Origin: Octopus bimaculoides | Lineage: Eukaryota | NCBI RefSeq assembly: GCF_001194135.2 | Contig: NC_069000.1 | Span: 35,580,520 to 35,631,542, forward strand | Reading direction: 5' to 3' | DNA length: 51,023 nucleotides | Part shown: piece after piece, positions 45,585-51,023 of the stretch | Position numbering within the stretch: the first letter of the stretch is position 1 | Layout of the letters: each line of letters opens with the position of its first letter | Made by a program: the position numbers and the translations under genes | The notes under the pieces: generated by a model | Seen by the model: the letters and a program-made list of their open reading frames with translations, nothing else | What the model was told of the DNA's origin: nothing | Database searches by the model: none

Positions 45585-46024
45585 GGTGGTTATCTACTCC
45601 TTATGCAGAGTTTGACCACTTCCTGTACCTACACCTTAGAAACATCATGGCATCTGATATAGTTTTTTTAAACCAGACAATGCTTTGAAAAGAAACCCAC
45701 ATAGATTGCATATCCGATTTGGACCACCAAGAGCTGCAGATAAGTTCTGATCTTTGTGGATCTTAAAATGTCTTTCGAGACCTCCGTTAGATTTGCAAAC
45801 CTTCTGGCTTACATTTCCTTGAAAGGTGGGCACAGACATATAGGCAGAATAGTTGGTGGGGATTCGTTTTTCCATGGGTTCGTAAATGAGATTTGAGCCC
45901 AGCAAAAGAAAGGCATGATCTATTACATCTGCCTGAAATGTAATGGAAAATAAGTCAGTTTCAAAAGATTGATAGGTCGGTTTCGAAACATGCAAAGTTT
46001 GAAAGGAATAATAGTAATTTCTTG
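45585..46024 (-). mobile_element. 3' end of a LINE (RTE-like) with two degenerate C2H2-type fingers and an (ATGT)n tail
   Basis: Minus strand FQGNVSQKVCKSNGGLERHFKIH...ICNLCGFLFKALSGLKK/YIRCH, then a stop, a 3'UTR of about 50 nt and a microsatellite tail. The clade assignment is inference. Confidence 0.5.
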
Positions 46025-48532
46025 NNNNNNNNNNNNNNNNNNNNNNNNNNNNNNNNNNNNNNNNNNNNNNNNNNNNNNNNNNNNNNNNNNNNNNNNNNNN
46101 NNNNNNNNNNNNNNNNNNNNNNNNNNNNNNNNNNNNNNNNNNNNNNNNNNNNNNNNNNNNNNNNNNNNNNNNNNNNNNNNNNNNNNNNNNNNNNNNNNNN
46201 NNNNNNNNNNNNNNNNNNNNNNNNNNNNNNNNNNNNNNNNNNNNNNNNNNNNNNNNNNNNNNNNNNNNNNNNNNNNNNNNNNNNNNNNNNNNNNNNNNNN
46301 NNNNNNNNNNNNNNNNNNNNNNNNNNNNNNNNNNNNNNNNNNNNNNNNNNNNNNNNNNNNNNNNNNNNNNNNNNNNNNNNNNNNNNNNNNNNNNNNNNNN
46401 NNNNNNNNNNNNNNNNNNNNNNNNNNNNNNNNNNNNNNNNNNNNNNNNNNNNNNNNNNNNNNNNNNNNNNNNNNNNNNNNNNNNNNNNNNNNNNNNNNNN
46501 NNNNNNNNNNNNNNNNNNNNNNNNNNNNNNNNNNNNNNNNNNNNNNNNNNNNNNNNNNNNNNNNNNNNNNNNNNNNNNNNNNNNNNNNNNNNNNNNNNNN
46601 NNNNNNNNNNNNNNNNNNNNNNNNNNNNNNNNNNNNNNNNNNNNNNNNNNNNNNNNNNNNNNNNNNNNNNNNNNNNNNNNNNNNNNNNNNNNNNNNNNNN
46701 NNNNNNNNNNNNNNNNNNNNNNNNNNNNNNNNNNNNNNNNNNNNNNNNNNNNNNNNNNNNNNNNNNNNNNNNNNNNNNNNNNNNNNNNNNNNNNNNNNNN
46801 NNNNNNNNNNNNNNNNNNNNNNNNNNNNNNNNNNNNNNNNNNNNNNNNNNNNNNNNNNNNNNNNNNNNNNNNNNNNNNNNNNNNNNNNNNNNNNNNNNNN
46901 NNNNNNNNNNNNNNNNNNNNNNNNNNNNNNNNNNNNNNNNNNNNNNNNNNNNNNNNNNNNNNNNNNNNNNNNNNNNNNNNNNNNNNNNNNNNNNNNNNNN
47001 ATTAAATAAGGAACCAAGGCACGGAGCTGCCAGGATCTTCACCGCCGCTCCGAACAAAACGTTTAGAGACATTTCTGCAGTTCTTTACGTTCCGAATTCA
47101 AAGTGCATCGTGGGAAGAGGTGGGAGGGGAAGGAGATAGATGGTGAAGGGGAGGGGTAGATAAGGGAAAGAGAAAGAGAGAGGTGGTGGTGAGGGAAATG
47201 TGTAATTTTCTTTTTAACTAAGTTTTTTTTCCTCTGTTACTTTGCCCATCTGTAACGCTTTCACGTGATTAGTTGAAGGGAAAGGCGAAGAGCAAAAGAA
47301 AAAGAAGAGAGAAAAAGAGAGTAAAGCGAAGAATGAGAGAGAGAAAGAGGGAGAGTATTGTGTATTAAGTCTATAAAATTGTGCATAAGGTGTATAAAGT
47401 GAATATATAAAGTGCATTAAGTAATCATCATGTTACAATTTGCTTTACTTTTCAATGAGTAGCAGATGAGTGACTATCTTTTGATACAGACACCAACACA
47501 GGCTACGCTTTCAGGTTTTTTGGATAAAGTCTTCAGGAATAACCCAATAAGTTTACCATTAATTCCGTGAAATATTCACGGGTCCCACTAGTTATCATTT
47601 TTAAGGCGGCGAGGTGCCAGAATCGTTAACACGCAGGGCAAAATGCTTAGCGGTATTTCGTCTGANNNNNNNNNNNNNNNNNNNNNNNNNNNNNNNNNNN
47701 NNNNNNNNNNNNNNNNNNNNNNNNNNNNNNNNNNNNNNNNNNNNNNNNNNNNNNNNNNNNNNNNNNNNNNNNNNNNNNNNNNNNNNNNNNNNNNNNNNNN
47801 NNNNNNNNNNNNNNNNNNNNNNNNNNNNNNNNNNNNNNNNNNNNNNNNNNNNNNNNNNNNNNNNNNNNNNNNNNNNNNNNNNNNNNNNNNNNNNNNNNNN
47901 NNNNNNNNNNNNNNNNNNNNNNNNNNNNNNNNNNNNNNNNNNNNNNNNNNNNNNNNNNNNNNNNNNNNNNNNNNNNNNNNNNNNNNNNNNNNNNNNNNNN
48001 NNNNNNNNNNNNNNNNNNNNNNNNNNNNNNNNNNNNNNNNNNNNNNNNNNNNNNNNNNNNNNNNNNNNNNNNNNNNNNNNNNNNNNNNNNNNNNNNNNNN
48101 NNNNNNNNNNNNNNNNNNNNNNNNNNNNNNNNNNNNNNNNNNNNNNNNNNNNNNNNNNNNNNNNNNNNNNNNNNNNNNNNNNNNNNNNNNNNNNNNNNNN
48201 NNNNNNNNNNNNNNNNNNNNNNNNNNNNNNNNNNNNNNNNNNNNNNNNNNNNNNNNNNNNNNNNNNNNNNNNNNNNNNNNNNNNNNNNNNNNNNNNNNNN
48301 NNNNNNNNNNNNNNNNNNNNNNNNNNNNNNNNNNNNNNNNNNNNNNNNNNNNNNNNNNNNNNNNNNNNNNNNNNNNNNNNNNNNNNNNNNNNNNNNNNNN
48401 NNNNNNNNNNNNNNNNNNNNNNNNNNNNNNNNNNNNNNNNNNNNNNNNNNNNNNNNNNNNNNNNNNNNNNNNNNNNNNNNNNNNNACATACATACATACA
48501 TACATACATACATACATACATACATACATACA

Positions 48533-48953
48533 GATTACAAATTCAGGTTTATACCTGTAATTATTGGGGACCTGGGATATGTAACACATTACCTGAATAC
48601 GAATCTTGAGAAATTAGGATTCTCAAAACCAGAAAGGAGAAAACTAATTCGAAGACTACAGATCCAATCCTTCACTGGAACTGTAAAAATCTGTAAAACT
48701 TTCCAGAAGTTTATCATTTAAATATATATAAACATGTCTAGATATGCAACTATATGCATGAGAACACATGCATAAAACATACACATCTGCACATACATAC
48801 ATACATATATACATACATACATACATACATACATACATACATACAAAAATACCCTGTTGTTGATGTTGAAATTCCAATGAAGGAACCTTCAATCTAGGTT
48901 AGAAACCGGTTCTTTCTCTATTGGCAAGAAATGTTGAAATAAACTGAATAATG
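48533..48953 (+). mobile_element. 5'-truncated R4-clade element embedded in (ACAT)n
   Basis: DYKFRFIPVIIGDLGYVTHYLNTNLEKLGFSKPERRKLIRRLQIQSFTGTVKICKTFQKFII* (stop at 48719-48721). (ACAT)n lies on both sides, at 48486-48532 and 48954-49002. Confidence 0.85.
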
Positions 48954-49031
48954 ACATACATACATACATACATACATACATACATACATACATACATACA
49001 TACGTGCATATACACACAGATACGCATGTAC

Positions 49032-49365
49032 ATACAGGGGTTACTGAAAAGTTCCTGGATGTCGCGAGAGACCTGGTTGAAGGCCAAAACCTTCCGAGTT
49101 CTTTAACAGGGCTAAGAACCGCTGCAATAAGTGTGTGAATCTGAGAGGGGAATACGTGGTCTGATCAATAAGTATCCGGACTATTGCTATATTAACCCTC
49201 ACAGAGAAAGTTGTCATGGCGATACCTGCTCAGAGCCCGACGCAAAGTTGCAGAAAGTGTATGGAGAGGAATATATGAGCTGCACACAAGTGTACGAGTG
49301 GGTCAGACGTTTCCAAGATGACCGAAAAATTGTCGATATTGACGAACGTTCTGGGAGACCCACAA
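49032..49365 (+). mobile_element. Mariner fragments (MITE-like end plus HTH)
   Basis: TIR-like tacaggggttactgaaaagttcc and tacgtggtctgatcaataagtatccggact. Peptides NRCNKCVNLRGEYV and KVYGEEYMSCTQVYEWVRRFQDDRKIVDIDERSGRP. Confidence 0.8.
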
Positions 49366-49934
49366 TTTCACTCTTCTTAAGGCGTTAACCGAACCTAGGC
49401 CGTAGATGAAGACACTTTTCTTTCCAATGTACTGCATATTGAGACCGAACCCAGAACACTACAACCGCGATGCGAATTTCTTAACTACATCGACTTTGAA
49501 AATAACACTTCTTTTCGCTATAAAGTAATCGGTTATAGCTGATCTGAGATGAAACATCAATAACTATAAAAACAACAGCAACAACAACAACGATAACAAT
49601 CGCAGCAATGACCGCGACCTCGGCGCCGTAAACATAACCAACAACAACAACAACTAAAGAATTATATTAAGTCACGCTATGTTTTTCAACGATATTTTAG
49701 ATTAGCCAAACATATCTGAAATGCTAATGATGCTAATCTCACAAACATTGTTGACACATCCAGCAGAAAGAATCAAGGTGATAGGGTCAAAACGTTGGGG
49801 ACAGATGGCATCTTACAGATGGTAATTTATATAATCATTTGGAACCCACCCCGCCCACAGAAATATCAAACAAACCTTCCTCAAACCACACTATTAAAAA
49901 GTGAAAAACACGCAGTATATCTAGATATATGATT

Positions 49935-49940
49935 ATTATG

Positions 49941-50001
<61 letters not shown>
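49935..50001. repeat. (AAT)n microsatellite
   Basis: Read directly from the sequence. Confidence 0.95.
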
Positions 50002-50003
<2 letters not shown>

Positions 50004-50450
50004 TGCTACACCGGGCTCTCCATTCAAAAACAAATCCAATCTAATAACATCGGTGGAATGGGATATAGGAACATGCGGAAGACTTGAAGGAAGCGGCCTT
50101 TTAACATCAGAAAGTTTACAGATTATAAAATATAAATGGAACAAAATGGTAAATACATAAATTGAGTAATTACGCATACACTCGAATGTCTACACAATCA
50201 TATATACATTTTAATACCCATAGGACTACACATACATCCCAATGTTTACATTACTACGTGAAATTTACAGGACACACACATATGCATATGAAAACACGTG
50301 TCTCAAACGAAGCAAAAACAAAAAAAAAACATTTTTTTTATTTCTCGAGCTGACACAGAGTGAACAATTCATAAGTTTAAAAAAAACACAGAAAACTATG
50401 CCCGGAAATAAATCTATCAACAAAAAAAATACAGATCAGTTAGCCTTAAG

Positions 50451-50633
50451 AAGCTAAAGTTAATGCAAAAGAAATAGACAGAGAAAAATCCCATCAATGG
50501 TTGAGAAGCTCAGGACTCAAAGCAGAGACTGAAGGATTTTTAATTGCAGCACCAGACCAAAGCCTCCCCACCAGAAATTACCAAAAACATATAATGAAAA
50601 GAAACATAACAAGTAACTTCAGAATATGTGGAG
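50451..50633 (+). mobile_element. R4/Dong-clade fragment (region just before the knuckle)
   Basis: KEIDREKSHQWLRSSGLKAETEGFLIAAPDQSLPTRNYQKHIMKRNITSNFRICG. Confidence 0.85.
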
Positions 50634-50639
50634 CATTGT

Positions 50640-51023
50640 TTTCATGCAGAGAACTTGGAGGAGGTGTTGTTACAAAAATTAATCCTAAACAGACAGATCC
50701 ATCCCCTAATGTCAACGTCCAAGCTCGTCATGCTTCAATGATAACAAAGCAAAATACAAACTGAATCTTCCCGTCACCCGGAACACCAAGGACCGCGTAC
50801 TCGAATGATGAACCAGATTCGGTACGAAAATCAGCTACTAGTTCAAATCTTCCCGAAACACAGGAGCTGGAAGTACCCCACAACCGAAATATTCCAACAG
50901 ATGGCCATCCATGCTCTTCATCAAATAACCAAAAGAAAAAGAATGAAAATGGTCTAGGGGAGATAATAAAGAAGTTCTTAAGGCCTTCTATCATGCCATA
51001 TATTTCCCCACAAGTAAATCTAA
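50640..51023 (+). mobile_element. Probable N-terminal region of another R4-clade ORF, running off the window
   Basis: KRKRMK[+1]WSRGDNKEVLKAFYHAI resembles the R.KW..E.N..V...Y Myb-like N-terminal motif of R4/Dong ORFs, and is preceded by low-complexity S/T/P/N-rich coding sequence. Confidence 0.5.

Noticed and set aside
45645-45830. Two C2H2-like fingers as a member of the cephalopod C2H2-ZNF expansion
   Set aside because: There are no TGEKP linkers, the first finger has lost its Cys pair, and it ends in a short UTR with a microsatellite tail, which fits a LINE 3' end better.
47495-47545. CTGAAGA...GAAA-GCG-TA on the minus strand
   Set aside because: Stem II is absent and stem I has only 1 bp, so it is not counted as a hammerhead.

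Overview
Eukaryotic, AT-rich genomic DNA from a draft assembly: 21 N-gaps totalling about 11 kb, dense in microsatellites and SINEs. The SINE families and repeat texture suggest a coleoid cephalopod, most likely Octopus (inference). Two host protein-coding genes are supported, both on the minus strand. One is an intronless, divergent class A (rhodopsin-like) GPCR at 641-1591. The other is a galactose-3-O-sulfotransferase (GAL3ST family) built from a signal-anchor exon (15516-15680) spliced in phase 0 to a large catalytic exon (11327 to <=10297, with its end in a gap). The rest is mostly mobile DNA: at least four tRNA-derived SINE families, Tc1/mariner remnants and a MITE, R4/Dong-clade RLE retrotransposon fragments, a Tx1/L1-like 3' end, Penelope-like element (PLE) RT and GIY-YIG remnants, and several long-inverted-repeat elements. 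The most notable unexplained signal is a set of at least 8 type I minimal hammerhead ribozyme motifs on both strands (about 7.5, 9.5, 12.8, 14.8, 22.6, 28.2, 29.4 and 34.9 kb, plus a decayed one at 43.3 kb). Each has a CUGAnGA-type core, GAAA, and a 1-4 bp stem III, usually closed by a palindrome, matching the PLE/retrozyme-type ribozyme. Secondary signals are R4-like elements repeatedly sitting in (TACA)n or (TAA)n tracts and a tRNA-Glu/SINE-tail chimera. No CRISPR array, rRNA gene or intact tRNA gene was found. All alignments and folds were done by eye, and TE boundaries are approximate.
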